From assembly GCF_006345805.1 (NCBI RefSeq), contig NC_043019.1, positions 8,555,360 to 8,619,359 of the forward strand: a stretch of 64,000 nt of DNA, read 5' to 3'. The position numbers were made by a program, and so were the translations under genes. Of this stretch, positions 13,527-25,888 are shown one piece after another. The notes under the pieces were generated by a model. It saw only the letters and a program-made list of their open reading frames with translations. It was not told where the DNA came from and searched no databases. Within the stretch, counting starts at the first letter, position 1. Each line of letters opens with the position of its first letter. Source of the DNA: Octopus sinensis (lineage: Eukaryota).

Positions 13527-13671
13527 TACGGCGGGTTTCTTTCCAACTTGCAATGCTTTGCTCGATCCGTGAATCCAGTAGAAGACACTCACCGAAGGTG
13601 TCATGCGGTGGGACTGAAACGTGGACCATGTGGATGGAAAAAAATTCTTCTTACCACACAGCCACACCTGC
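13527..13671 (-). mobile_element. tRNA-derived SINE head (family A)
   Basis: The reverse complement begins gcaggtgtggctgtgtggtaagaag (A-box-like) and contains gtttcagtcccaccgcatgacaccttcggtgagtgtcttctact (B-box-like region). Confidence 0.7.
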
Positions 13672-14986
13672 ACCTATCTGAAATAATTACGATATTTAGT
13701 ATGCCATTTATAATTGATTTCTTCAATCAGGACCGATCTTGATTAACACCATCATCATCGTATGGTCAACACAACAACAACAAATTCTACGAGACAAAAG
13801 AGAATTTTGCCTTTAGCAAAACCAGAATTATCGGTGCCACCATCACCGGCGCTACCAATAATACCATCACCAGCACAAACAATACCATCAAACTACCGTA
13901 TCAGCAAATTAACCACCATTAACAACAACAAGGCCACAAGACTCCGCCCTCATCTCGACTCGTTAACTTCATCAACAGGTACACGAATAATTTGAAGAAC
14001 ATTTCTCCTTTCATCTCCAAAACCATCAAGACAAGCATCGCCAATTCAAACAACAGCAAATATAACTCTACCGACAGAACCGCCTCCAGCAACAACAGCA
14101 ACAACACAACAGCAAAAGCGAAGATTGCAGCCATACAATTGATATCTAAGCCCACCCTACCGGTAATTGCCGAACCCCCAACATTAGAACCATCACCACC
14201 GCCACATACAACTGTATCGCTTCTAACAGCAGCATCTACAACAACAACAACAGAAATGAAACAGCAACAACAGCATGACGACCAACGTCAAGAATAAGTT
14301 CTATCAACATCTTGAAATCTCATGATTTTCGAAACGAAGCTGTTTTCTAATAATGAAGATACTTAACAACAATCCAAACAGTCATGGTCTATGTATAGCT
14401 GGATAATTATCTGGAAGTTTACTGCTCTACCTGTGTAGACAACATTATATCTGTTGAACTAACAAAAGCAATCCGGCTGCAAAACAGAGTTGCGAAATTT
14501 CTATAGAAACGACAGAAACATTACACGAAATTACGCTGCCTTCTCGAAGAGAAAGGAGAGTTACGTCTGCTAAATCACTTTTAGTTATATGCTTTATTTG
14601 TGATCTTGAATCAATTTAATTAATTTAGTTTTATCGTAAATGTGATCGCTTTTGATTTGCTAATTGCGCATGTTTGCTCATAGAAGTTGAATCAAAATGA
14701 TTCAGTCAAACGCCTGGACATGCGCACTCCATCGTCGTTTCCATTCTTTTCGTTTAGTCATTGAAATGATACGCGTTCATCCTTATTTCGGGCCTTTGTT
14801 ATTTATCATTAGCTATGCTTCTACAAATGTGCTACGTATATACATACATACACACATATGTGTGTGTGTGTGTATATATATATAGTATGCGTTTCACTCT
14901 ACATGTATTACAAGCAATACAATTAGTTTCACGTACATGACAAGTTGCTTCATCACGTGTTGTATTATATACTTTTATTCTTTTAC

Positions 14987-15129
14987 TTGATTCAGTCATT
15001 TGGCTGCGGCCAGGCTTTGGTCGCCTCGAGTCTATAGTAGAAGATACTTGCCGAAATTACCAGGCAGAGGGACTGAACGCAGAATCATGTGCTTGGGAAT
15101 CAAGCTTCTTCCCACAGAGCCACGCCTGC
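14987..15129 (-). mobile_element. SINE family A with an internal deletion (head fused to 3' tail)
   Basis: The reverse strand reads gcaggcgtggctctgtgggaag...ttcggcaagtatcttctactatagactcgaggcgaccaaagcc, joined directly to the tail tggccgcagccaaatgactgaa also seen at 47235-47262. Confidence 0.7.
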
Positions 15130-15170
15130 GTCTGTATGTAAACACACACACACACAAATCCACGCACACA

Positions 15171-15209
<39 letters not shown>

Positions 15210-15292
15210 TATATAATATATATATATTATATAATATATATATATACACACACACATACATACATATATATATATATTTATTATATAGAAGG

Positions 15293-15343
15293 AGCTTCTA
15301 CAGGACTAGAACTGTTTCATTCAAGAGAAATCTTCAGGAAGCT
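15293..15343 (-). ncRNA. Identical type I hammerhead ribozyme motif, minus strand
   Basis: Mirror image of 15340-15390 produced by the palindrome. Confidence 0.75.
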
Positions 15344-15390
15344 TCCTGAAGATTTCTCTTGAATGAAACAGTTCTAGTCCTGTAGAAGCT
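15340..15390 (+). ncRNA. Type I hammerhead ribozyme motif (PLE-type), plus strand
   Basis: Helix I AGCUUC/GAAGCU; core CUGAAGA (15346-52); helix II U-UUC-UCUU-GAA-U; GAA; helix III ACAG-UUCUAGUC-CUGU; cleavage triplet GUA, predicted cut after 15384. The only deviation is U.U at 10.1/11.1. Confidence 0.75.
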
Positions 15391-16410
15391 CCTTCTATAT
15401 AATAAATTAATTTTACTCTGCTATGTATTGAGTACCTTATTTACTGTGGTTAACCCCGAGTCAACCCGGGACATACATATATATATATATATGTATATAT
15501 ATATATGGACACTAAAGTAGATGTGAGGTCCTTTGTGTCGTTTGACATCCCTCTGTTTGGTATAGTGATATTTTCCCAAAAGTTGTGTTTTGGAAAACTC
15601 AAACAATCTCAAGTACTTTATATCTTAATAAATAATAGTCACACCCTTACAACGCCCTGCATTAGAATTTATTTATTTCGATTTTAACTCCGGGAGGTGG
15701 GTGTGTTAATGTCACTTAGTGAGATGAATAAATATTTTCGTGTAAGACACATTTCTTCCGGTATGCGTATAAAGAACGTGTTCCAGCGAATACCAAGTCA
15801 CATATTAGAAGCATGATACGCGGGGGGATCTGACGTATAGCGAAACTAATCCGAAGTGGATACAACAAAATAAATATGTCTATTATATATCTACTTCCTT
15901 TGTAGACGGATCTATCTTTCTTTCTGCAAGGTAAATATACATTGTGTATAAACAACTCACCTCCAGCATAAGGTGATACATTCCAACCTATGCGAGAGGT
16001 ACAGGGATATATATGCGGCGCCAATGCCATATGTCTTAAAAATACAGAGAACGCACCTGAACCAGAAGAATTATTCCACAGAAAGAAATACAGATTCTAT
16101 GTATGTAATTTCATTAAACAGCAAATTGCTTTTAATGCAAAAATATAAAATATAACAGTTTTTTTTTTAATTCCATTGGAATGATGCGGTAGATGCAAAA
16201 CAGTTTTATATTTATATACTAACTGAAGATTAAAATAATTGTTGTTTACGAGGGTGTTCTGTGAGTGGCACATGGAAACGGAAGGAAATCGAATTTCACA
16301 GAAACGATATATATTTATGTTTAAATTCACGCGAATACAACTCCACTGAGAGAATATATAACGATAAGTATATTAAAGAATGCATTTAAGTTGTACCTAT
16401 GGGCTATATA

Positions 16411-16415
16411 TAGAC

Positions 16416-16471
<56 letters not shown>

Positions 16472-16472
16472 G

Positions 16473-16550
<78 letters not shown>

Positions 16551-16570
16551 GGATGGATAGATAGATAGAT

Positions 16571-16649
<79 letters not shown>
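16411..16649 (+). repeat. (GATA)n array
   Basis: Direct inspection. Confidence 0.95.
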
Positions 16650-16725
16650 TAGTGGGGGCACATGGCCAAGTGATTGGAGCAGTGGACTAGTGGAGGCACA
16701 TGGCCTAGTGGTTAGAGCAGCGCCT
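16650..16725 (+). mobile_element. Tandem pair of truncated tRNA-like SINE heads (38-bp units)
   Basis: tagtgggggcacatggccaagtgattggagcagtggac is followed by tagtggaggcacatggcctagtggttagagcagcgcct. A-box-like TGGCCTAGTGG is present; no B box follows. Confidence 0.55.
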
Positions 16726-17129
16726 CTACCATTTACATTTACAATTAAACAAACACAATAATACATGCACACACGCACGCACATACACACAGCGTGTCAT
16801 ATATGTGTGTTTGTGTGTGTACAAATGTATATGTACAAATGTATATACATGTATTGGAAAGATAAATAAATAGAAATATACACACACATACACACACACA
16901 TATATGTATACATACATCAAACATACGTACATACATCATATATGTATATATAACCATATACGGAATAAGCATAAATACTTGTATACGTTTCTACACACAC
17001 ATATATACACTGAATTGTTTTACCACAAAACAATGAAAAGTATAAGATACATTGGAATCTATTGTTAAAACATGTTCTCTAATTTCAACATTGTTATTTT
17101 ATTTACCATTCTGGTAGTTTTCCAATAGC

Positions 17130-17170
<41 letters not shown>

Positions 17171-19384
17171 AAACCAGTCCACTACACAACGCCATCGCTC
17201 ATATTTATTTTCTTTCATCTTTGTTATATTTCAGTTATATATTTAAAAATATTTTATATATGATCGGTTCTACAATTTTTTCCTGTTGTTTTTGTCTGTA
17301 TTTTTCGTTCTTTTAAATTGTTACTATTGCCTTGCTTTCATTTAGTTGTTTTGGGTTTTGCTAGCAGAGGGGTTTTATATTTGTTTCTCCTATTACCGTT
17401 TCCTTCACGGCTCTTTGAGTATTTCCAGCAAGTTGGTCAGTCGTTTAGTACGAAACAATGAACAAACGATGGAAAGAGGAAAATAGAAACAAAAAATTCT
17501 AAATGTGAAACGGAAAACATATTTCAGCTGAAGAACTTCAAAAGAATAACAAAATATCCTATACATTTTTCATTTATACATAGAAAAGACATATGTCTAC
17601 TAGGAGGGAGCTGGAGATGATATATATGTGTGTGTGTGTGTGTGTGTGTAAGGATATGTTTGTATATATACATATATATATATATATATGTATGTATATA
17701 TATATGCTTTGCATCATAAATATACTCTACCTCTGGTTGAATGTCTTTTGAACATCGTAGACGCGCGCTCGAAACATGATTTCAGTTTTTATAGGTTTGT
17801 AAAGGAAGTCATCTCACATTTAAAGTAACGAAAGAGACAAATCGTTTTGGGTCACAAATTAATCAAGTTATAAGCTCGCCTTATTACTAATTAATATATT
17901 CCTATTAATTCGCCAAATAAATACGCTCTCAGACATTAATCCTTGTTTTGAAGCAGAGAATCACCTCCGCTTCGCTTTCAAACTCGTCTAACTTAGTAAA
18001 ATGCTTCTGCTCTCATATTATAATGCTCATAAATGATAATGTGAGATGTACCGAGATCAGGAGACTACGAACGGTGAAGCAAAACCCCCAAGTTTTGTGC
18101 CATAATTCCTTCCCCTATTACTTGCACAATATTTGATTTTGTTACGTCATATAAGAGCAACAACTGTCTGCGACTGACCATTGATGGGTCATTCTACAGT
18201 AACTTTTTTTTTGTGAAATACACCCTCTTGACGACAATATTTCTCCAGTTTGGTTTCTCCATTCATGACAGAGAATATTCTGCATTTTCCTTCAAATTCA
18301 GTGCTTAACTGTTAAATGTTAAATCTCGTTTTACACTGGGAACTAACATCGTCGATTTCATTTGATTTGTTTTTCAGGGAATAATTCTATAACGCAAAAT
18401 ATCGATATGGAGACGAAGAGAAGGGAAAGTTTTGATGAAACTAAGAAAACGCTTTTCTTAAAACTTCAGAGTGTTTTATGAAAGAATCGTGAAAGTGTCT
18501 TTCAATTTCCTCACGTGCAGCTCTCTGAATTTCCATATTGACTGATGCTCGTTTTCCAATTTCAACAAGATTCTCTCAGAGAAAACATTCCTGAGTGAAA
18601 CAGGCGAAACCATATTTGGGATGTCCGGACACTTAATTCCTCTTCACCGAAGACACAACGAACTTCTATGACCGTCTTTTGAATTCATGTAATATGTGGT
18701 ACCTGATGCATATCTGCCCTAAACTTGTTCTAAACGTGTAAAAGTAGATAGGAATTTAACCCCTTTCATATCAACTCCGTTCAACCTTCACCTACGTCTT
18801 CCAGCCGCGTATATACACAAGAGACATTAAGAGAAAGAGAGAGAGCAATCGCGATATCATTATTAAAATAATTACATCATTTTAAAATCCTAATTAACCG
18901 TGATATTTCGCCCCGTGATAGTAACACTTATAGATAGTAACACTGAGAGACTGACTCGTTTAAGGCTTGTGATTTAGGGACGCAAACAGCAGTTAATTAC
19001 GATTTCAAGTATGGTTCTCCTTGAGTATGATAGACAGATTGCTATCGTAAATTATTACTGTTTCTATAATAAATAATTTATACACTTATACAATGAGAGA
19101 GAGAGAGTTAACATTTATCTTGAAATCTTCAGATACATATTATACGTGGGATGTGTATGTATATGAATATATATCTATATTTGTGCATAGGTATTTGAAT
19201 ATGTATATACGTGTATCTGTTCATGTATATGTATATACACATACATACACACACACACGAACAGACATACGCAAGCACACACACACACACACATATATAT
19301 ACGTAAAAATATATCCATATATATATATATACATATATACATCTATATATATAAATATATGTGTGTGCATGTAAATATATATTC

Positions 19385-19416
<32 letters not shown>

Positions 19417-19879
19417 ATTACATTATGTATGTGTTTGTGTATCTAAGCATATATGTACACAAATCATTATTTATGATTCATTCAAAAAAGTCTTTTTGTT
19501 TCATTTTCTGGAAACAATATTCATAAAATTTGGATTTCGGTTTTTTAGTTTTCTGTTTGCATTTATTTAAAATTCCACTTCAGTGAACGGTGTATGTGGA
19601 ATGGAATCTTCTTCGAGCGTCCCTGAGAAAAAAATGACGAGCTGATCATGTGAGAAATATTGTCGAATAAATAATTGAATTTTGATGCAATGTTAATTAC
19701 CTTTGTCTAGACAAACAACTCTTCAAGTGTTCCGATGCAGGTGATGAAATGAAAGGGAAGCTGATTACATCACAGAATGTCACATCATATCGCTGTCTCT
19801 AAAATACTGATAATGGAAAAAAAATTATCAGTAAGATGCTATCTTTAATGCCGCCACAGCTGACCACACCACCACCACT

Positions 19880-20040
19880 GCTATGATGATGATGCTGATG
19901 ATGAGGATGATGCTGATGATGATGATGATTATCATCATCATCATCCTCATCATCATCATCATCATCATTGTTGTGGTCGTCGTCGTCATCATGATCATGA
20001 TCATCATCATCATCATCATCGTTGTTATCGTCATCATTTG
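19880..20040. repeat. (GAT)n/(CAT)n compound microsatellite
   Basis: Direct inspection. Confidence 0.9.
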
Positions 20041-20297
20041 TAGTTATCTTAATGAGTTCCATCTTGGAAATCAACAATTTTATTCACTTTATGCATGATA
20101 CGGGCACACATGCTTACACGTATGCATGCACACACATGCTTACACGTATGCATGCACACACACTCGCAGGGACACACAAACACGCTCACGCAGACACACA
20201 CGCACACACATACACATATGACTTTGAAATATCACCCATTATGGAACCTGTTGACTATTTTGTATGTGTATGTCTATCTAGCAATCTCTCTATATAT

Positions 20298-20354
<57 letters not shown>

Positions 20355-20357
20355 ATA

Positions 20358-20381
20358 CATTTATCTAGCTAAGTGACTTTA

Positions 20382-20436
<55 letters not shown>

Positions 20437-20455
20437 ACACTTAGCTAGATAAATG
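20358..20455. repeat. Short inverted repeat (23-bp arms, 1 mismatch) around a (TA)n spacer
   Basis: catttatctagctaagtgacttt (20358-80) versus aaagacacttagctagataaatg (20433-55). Confidence 0.9.
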
Positions 20456-21671
20456 GAAAGACTGGTAGACAGACAGACAGATAGAGAAACAGTCGGACAG
20501 ATAGATAGACAGGCAGACAGACAGACAGATAGAAAAATAGATAGATATATAAAACATACACATACACTCTATCACTACAATATGTACAACTATTTAGAAG
20601 AATTCATAGATACAAATGATTAAAGTAGCGTTAAAATAAAACAAAAAACTCAAACTATAAAGTAACCCCACTGTAAACGGGCAAGCCATTTTCGCCAACC
20701 CATTACAGGAGGGCAGACATAAAATCTATTTGAATATGCTAGTGTGTATATTATTATGTCTATATAAATAAAAATTAAATCAAATCATCACGTGACTACG
20801 AAATTGCATATCCCTCAACTGACAGTTTTGTGTGTGGAATATAAAGGTCGGGTTTGATAATATCTCTTCCGATACATTGCACCAAGCAAAGAAAAAGACT
20901 ATAACAAAAACCAGAAAGCCAAACAAATATTGGATGTTAATGCCTACCGTACTTGTGATCATTGATGTGCACCATAAGGCACAACCTTTGTAACCGCGAT
21001 TAGCTAATGTATATATGTTGCAGTCAATTTAAATTTCATTTTCAGAACAGTATTTTTATACAAAACCATTACATTTAGAGAAATATATAAACCTAGACGC
21101 GATCAAAATAGACAGGAGATAAACACGAAAATTTTTGCAGGAGAACCATTATAACAAATATGGTGGACTGGCTGAATTTGTAGAGCAACGGAGATGATAC
21201 CTTGCAGCATAAACACCAACCATCTGGGTTCTGAGTTCTTGGTGGAAGACTCAATTAGTTTCCTGCTTTAACATTGTCACAAATACGTACAGGGGCCGCA
21301 GAGGACTTCATTTTGCTATAAATTTTCGCACAGACCCTTCTAGAAAACTCCTAAAAAATCGATCTTGATAACAGGCTTATATTAGGTAGGCAAAGAAGAT
21401 GTCGGATTGAAAACTGTGTAAACAAAGTCGAGAACAAGTACAATGTTTATATACTATATTTAGAGAGACTTCTATTAAAGGTTACAAATACACACACATA
21501 CATGTGTGTGTATATATATATATATAAATGTATATTTGCCTGCATAATATATATATATATATAAATTTACATACTGACAAATATAATATACACATATACT
21601 TATGTTTGTGTGAGCGATTTGGTTTCATATTTTGACACAAATCCAATAAATTGTGGGGAGGTCTAAGACAA

Positions 21672-21750
21672 TTGGATCGGCCCCACTGGTCAAAGGGTCC
21701 ATATTTGCACGACTCCGAAAGGCTGACAGGCAAAGTCGAAATCAGCGGAG
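21672..21750 (-). mobile_element. SINE family B fragment
   Basis: gatcggccccactgg...cgactccgaaaggctgacaggcaaagtcga. Confidence 0.55.
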
Positions 21751-22099
21751 CAGCAAATATAATACCGATAACGAAATAGCAGGAAATAGAACTTGCTATA
21801 GCAGGAGACGTGTATAACTTTATTACGGAAACATCAATCAGAAGATAAAAAATTCATAAAGGGCATTTATGTGCGGTGGCTTTGGTCATTTCAATCGAAT
21901 GCAGCTCTTGATTAAATCATAAATTTTCTTGCCTCCAGACAATGAGTTGTAAATCTTTTTCTTTGTGGGTTTTGAACTCAGAACGCAAAATTCAAGACAT
22001 TGTAATATAAACCCGTTTTTATCCAACGCTCAAATGATTCGACCCATAATAATTCATCATATTTGTTCTCAATTTCTGAACGTATATTATATACCCTAC

Positions 22100-22560
22100 A
22101 AAACAATTTAAACGCCATCAAACAAACAGATAATGATGATAAACTACTGTTAGACGAAATCACTTCAGAAACAGATATAAATAAAACTATTTAAATGCCA
22201 TCAGGCAAGTACAAGTTAATGACAAACTATTTTTAAACAGAATCATTAAAGAGGTATACATACATCAAACAATTTAAACACCATCAATACGACTGAAAAT
22301 GATGTAACCTATTGTTAAATACACCCATTATTTAGGATGGATTATACAAAGCTATTTAAATACTTTCAGTTAAATAGAATAATGATGGCAAATTATAGTC
22401 AAACACATCTAATATAGATTCGGACATATATATATTTGACCATTTAAACGGTAATAATAGGGATAACAATGACGCTAAGCTATTGTTTTATACAATCATT
22501 ATGGAAATAAGAATTTAAAAATCTACTTAAATGTCATCAAACGAGCAAAGAAATGAAGAC
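22100..22560. repeat. Highly diverged ~83-bp minisatellite, about 6 units
   Basis: The anchor (a/t/c)atttaaa, often followed by ..ccatca, recurs at 22105, 22188, 22271, 22353, 22441 and 22524 (periods 83, 83, 82, 88, 83). Confidence 0.7.
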
Positions 22561-22720
22561 AAAACATTGTGAAACATAAGAGAAACCCTGAGTCGGACTG
22601 GCGTTCCATTCTGGGAGATGTTGTGACATCGGTCATTACATGGAAACGGGGATTCCGAATCTAGAAGTCGTAAGGTTCCACATAATAAAGTCCATGCACA
22701 CAAATACGAGTATATATCTA

Positions 22721-22768
<48 letters not shown>

Positions 22769-23814
22769 TGTGTGTGTGTGTGTGGTGTGTGTGTGTGTAA
22801 ATATACCTGAGTCCCGTAGGCTTCCTCCTGAAAAACAGATTGAGACCAGGCCGCAAACAAGCTGAGGGGATAAGGAAAGGAATCCTGTCCAACGCTGTAA
22901 TATTTTCGCCAATCCAACGTTTCAGATTGATCCTCGAGCTATCGACACTGAGAAGATGGGAATAAAGTTTAACATTAGAGAAGAACTGGTAACGCACAAT
23001 ACCAGAATATATGCCACAAGCCATTGTATACGAATAAATACGGCAATATAAATTCCTGGTGTTTGACTGCTAAAACGTATGAATAATTGAAATACATAAG
23101 GAATCCCTGGATGAGGAACTTTATTTACAAGTACTTGAAAACATGAGTTGGAAGCAAAGAACAAGGAGAGAAGGGGTCAACTACTTGGTTATTGGTTCTT
23201 CTTAACAATCACATACAAATCTTTTCCAAAAGGATTTCCAAAATGTTCATTCGTTGATATTGGCAGAGTGAAAATGCTGTTGTAGAGTTCAAGAATATGA
23301 GATCAGGTAATTCATTTAAATGAAATTTATAAATTTATTTGAAATTAGAAAATAGTATCTCACAGTATGCCTCAGGGACGGTTGGGATTGTGGAGGCTGG
23401 GAAACATTTGATCATAGTTCTTCTTAATGAGAACTGACCTGTGGCGAAATGACAACAAATCTAATACAATTAACGGTCAGGAAAAATAAGACGATCTAAT
23501 TAATCGTCTCCTTTATAACCGATAATTATCTGAAACTATTTAACTACTATAATTAGAGACGAAAATTATATCAAATTATTTGAAGAGTATAAAGAGAACA
23601 GGTGGATATGGAAAATGTATATAAACTTCATTGTTCCAACACATAAACACAGATTAGTAAAGCTTTAATAGAGATCTGGTAGTTGGGAATGGCATCGAAA
23701 TCTCTCTCATATTGTTCATAGCAAATGCATCTGGTACTAGACTCTAAGGTAAGCAATGTTGTAAAAGACAGGTGTTTGGTTATATGTCTACTCTGTCCGA
23801 GTAACAACAACATG

Positions 23815-24382
23815 TGCTAAATCTGGCGAATAGTATGGGCGTGGAAGCGACACGATGTTCTTTTTTTACCTCACGAGTGAGGAGAGCTCGGTGAGAGGGT
23901 GCATTGCCGTCCTGAAGAATCCATTTCTTTGCGTTCCACAGGTTTGGTCACTTGACCTCCTTCAAACTATTCAAAAAATTTGCAGTAGAACTCACGATGG
24001 ATGATCTGGCCCCCTGGTGCACGAATTCTAGATAGACAATACTGCAGATGTCGAAAAATAATCTATGGAAATGATCTTGCTTGAACTTCGGCTCAGTCAT
24101 ACTTTTTTCCTTTCATTCACTGTCTGCTGCTTCGCCTCAGGGTTGTAGCTGTACCAGACTTCTCAAATTTTTACGAACAATTACACGTTGGCTCTTTGTT
24201 TTAACTTCCTGTCCCTATCAAATCGCAAACTACATCATACAAAGTATCACAGAAACACAGATTTCACAACTTGCGAAGTAACCACAGTGATGTTAACTGC
24301 TATCTCTCGCTGCGCATGCAAACCTGAGTTACCATCTGTTGGTGCGCTACAGAACTAGTCTGGAAATCTTTTGATACCCCTT
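23815..24382 (-). mobile_element. Internally deleted, 3'-truncated mariner
   Basis: Minus strand: 5' TIR region (ggggtatcaaaagatttccagactagtt), EQRANV*LFVKFEKS, then directly YSYNPEAKQQ, FFDICSIVYLEFV, WILQDGNAPSHRALL and PRPYYSPDLA. Confidence 0.85.
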
Positions 24383-24766
24383 TGAAGTTGCCAATAAACG
24401 ATACGCAGTTTTGTCAGAGCAATTAAAAATTTGGATGAGATGTTATTTGGAGCTATTTTCCGTCCATCCTTATCGAGGAATATGTCACAAGACCAATTAA
24501 ATGTCAACGATGCCGAATCTAATTCTTGAGAAAGATAATGAGCAGCCATTGTCAACAAATGTCAGCTCCAAATTCTAAACAGCTCACTAAGGGCATCAAG
24601 CTAGTCGCCAAAATTCCAAGTTATAACAATATCCATTTCCTCTGAGAAACAAACAGTCCATAGACAGAGAAATACAGAAAATCGTGTTTATTAATACCCC
24701 AAAACATCGATGAGATATATTAATTAAAACTATGTTCTAAAGACAATACAACATTTCATTGCACTT

Positions 24767-25200
24767 AGGCGGCGAGCTAGCAGACTCGTTAGCATGCCGG
24801 GCAAAATTCTTAGTGGCATTTCCTCTATTTTTTACGTTCTTTGTTCAGATTCCCTGCACGTCGACTTTATATTCCACCCTTTCATTTTTGACAAAATAAG
24901 TACCATTTGAGTTGTGTGCAGACTGACAATTCGGCGATTGGACAATTGGCTTACTGGACAATACTTTAATGATTTGACCAATTAATCGCTTTAATAATGA
25001 TAATGGTAATAATTTCACATTTTAGTACAAGCCACGTAAGATCAGGGAAGTGAGTGAATATGTAAGTTGTGTGTTGGCCAATCGTCTGTGGTCAACTGTC
25101 TGTCGCCGACCTGTCCCTCTACCATTTCAGTAATGGAGTCGATGTTATAGACTTATACCTTCCACCGAAGATTGCTGGCTTTGTGCCAAAATTTGAAATC
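24767..25200 (+). mobile_element. SINE family B interrupted by a nested insertion
   Basis: The head ggcggcgagctagcagactcgttagcatgccgggcaaaa runs to aaaataagtacca at 24905. The 3' half (ggagtcgatgttatagact...gattgctggctttgtgccaaaatttgaaatc) resumes at about 25120. Confidence 0.7.
24912..25119. mobile_element. Putative MITE (~210 bp) nested in the SINE
   Basis: Imperfect inverted ends (gacaattcggcgattggacaattggc versus the reverse complement gacaggtcggcgacagacagttgacc) are flanked by the direct repeat taccatttgag (24901) / taccatttcag (25120). Confidence 0.5.
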
Positions 25201-25677
25201 AATAATTGTTCGCATTTTCCCATACATAGACTAGCACATACACACATTCATGCTAATAACATACTGCCACATCCGCACAGACAAGAACACATTTCGCTAC
25301 TATTAGCCAAGGAATGAATACATCCTTTGGAGCAAAAGATTTACCCAATGTCTCAAGAGATACAACGGTAATGTCCACGAAACTCGTCATTTCGGTCACA
25401 AAACACATTCAATTGGGTGCATTTATCCTTCATACACGAAAAACTATAACACATGGACTTCATGGAGAACTAATATCATTCTATGATTGGTCTTATGACT
25501 TTCGGCAGCCACTGAAACTGTATATTTTAGTATTTCATTTTTAGATTTAATGTTACAAAATCTCTGAAAACGACGAGAGAGTTACTGCAGCTCAAAGAGT
25601 CTCTTCTGCTCTTGTGAGGTGTAACGAATTAATTTAAGAAAAAGACTTGTCAGTCATTTTACTGATTGTGGCCAAAA

Positions 25678-25687
25678 TATAATAATA

Positions 25688-25742
<55 letters not shown>

Positions 25743-25749
25743 TAATAAT

Positions 25750-25793
<44 letters not shown>

Positions 25794-25843
25794 TAATAAT
25801 GATAATAATAATAATAATAATAATGATAATAATGATAATAATA

Positions 25844-25888
<45 letters not shown>

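Larger units (their letters stand above)
15276..15407. repeat. Perfect 132-bp palindrome centred on AAGCTT (66-bp arms, no spacer)
   Basis: Base-by-base complementarity checked around the 15341/15342 axis. Confidence 0.97.

Noticed and set aside
13740-14300. T/S/P/N-rich ORFs resembling a mucin-like exon
   Set aside because: The sequence is a decayed CAA/CAT/CAC tract, the frames are interrupted, and there are no convincing splice sites.
15828-15855. gatCTGACGTatagcGAAACtaatc hammerhead-like string
   Set aside because: A9 is missing and helices II and III cannot form.
22100-22560. 83-bp repeat as a decayed C2H2 zinc-finger array (84-bp period, FKxHQ-like codons)
   Set aside because: The period is not a multiple of 3, and there is no CxxC, second His or TGEKP linker.
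22927-22989. 63-nt AG...GT-bounded candidate exon (IDPRAIDTEKMGIKFNIREEL)
   Set aside because: The pyrimidine tract is weak, I recognise no homology and there are no partner exons. It could equally be an old LINE relic.
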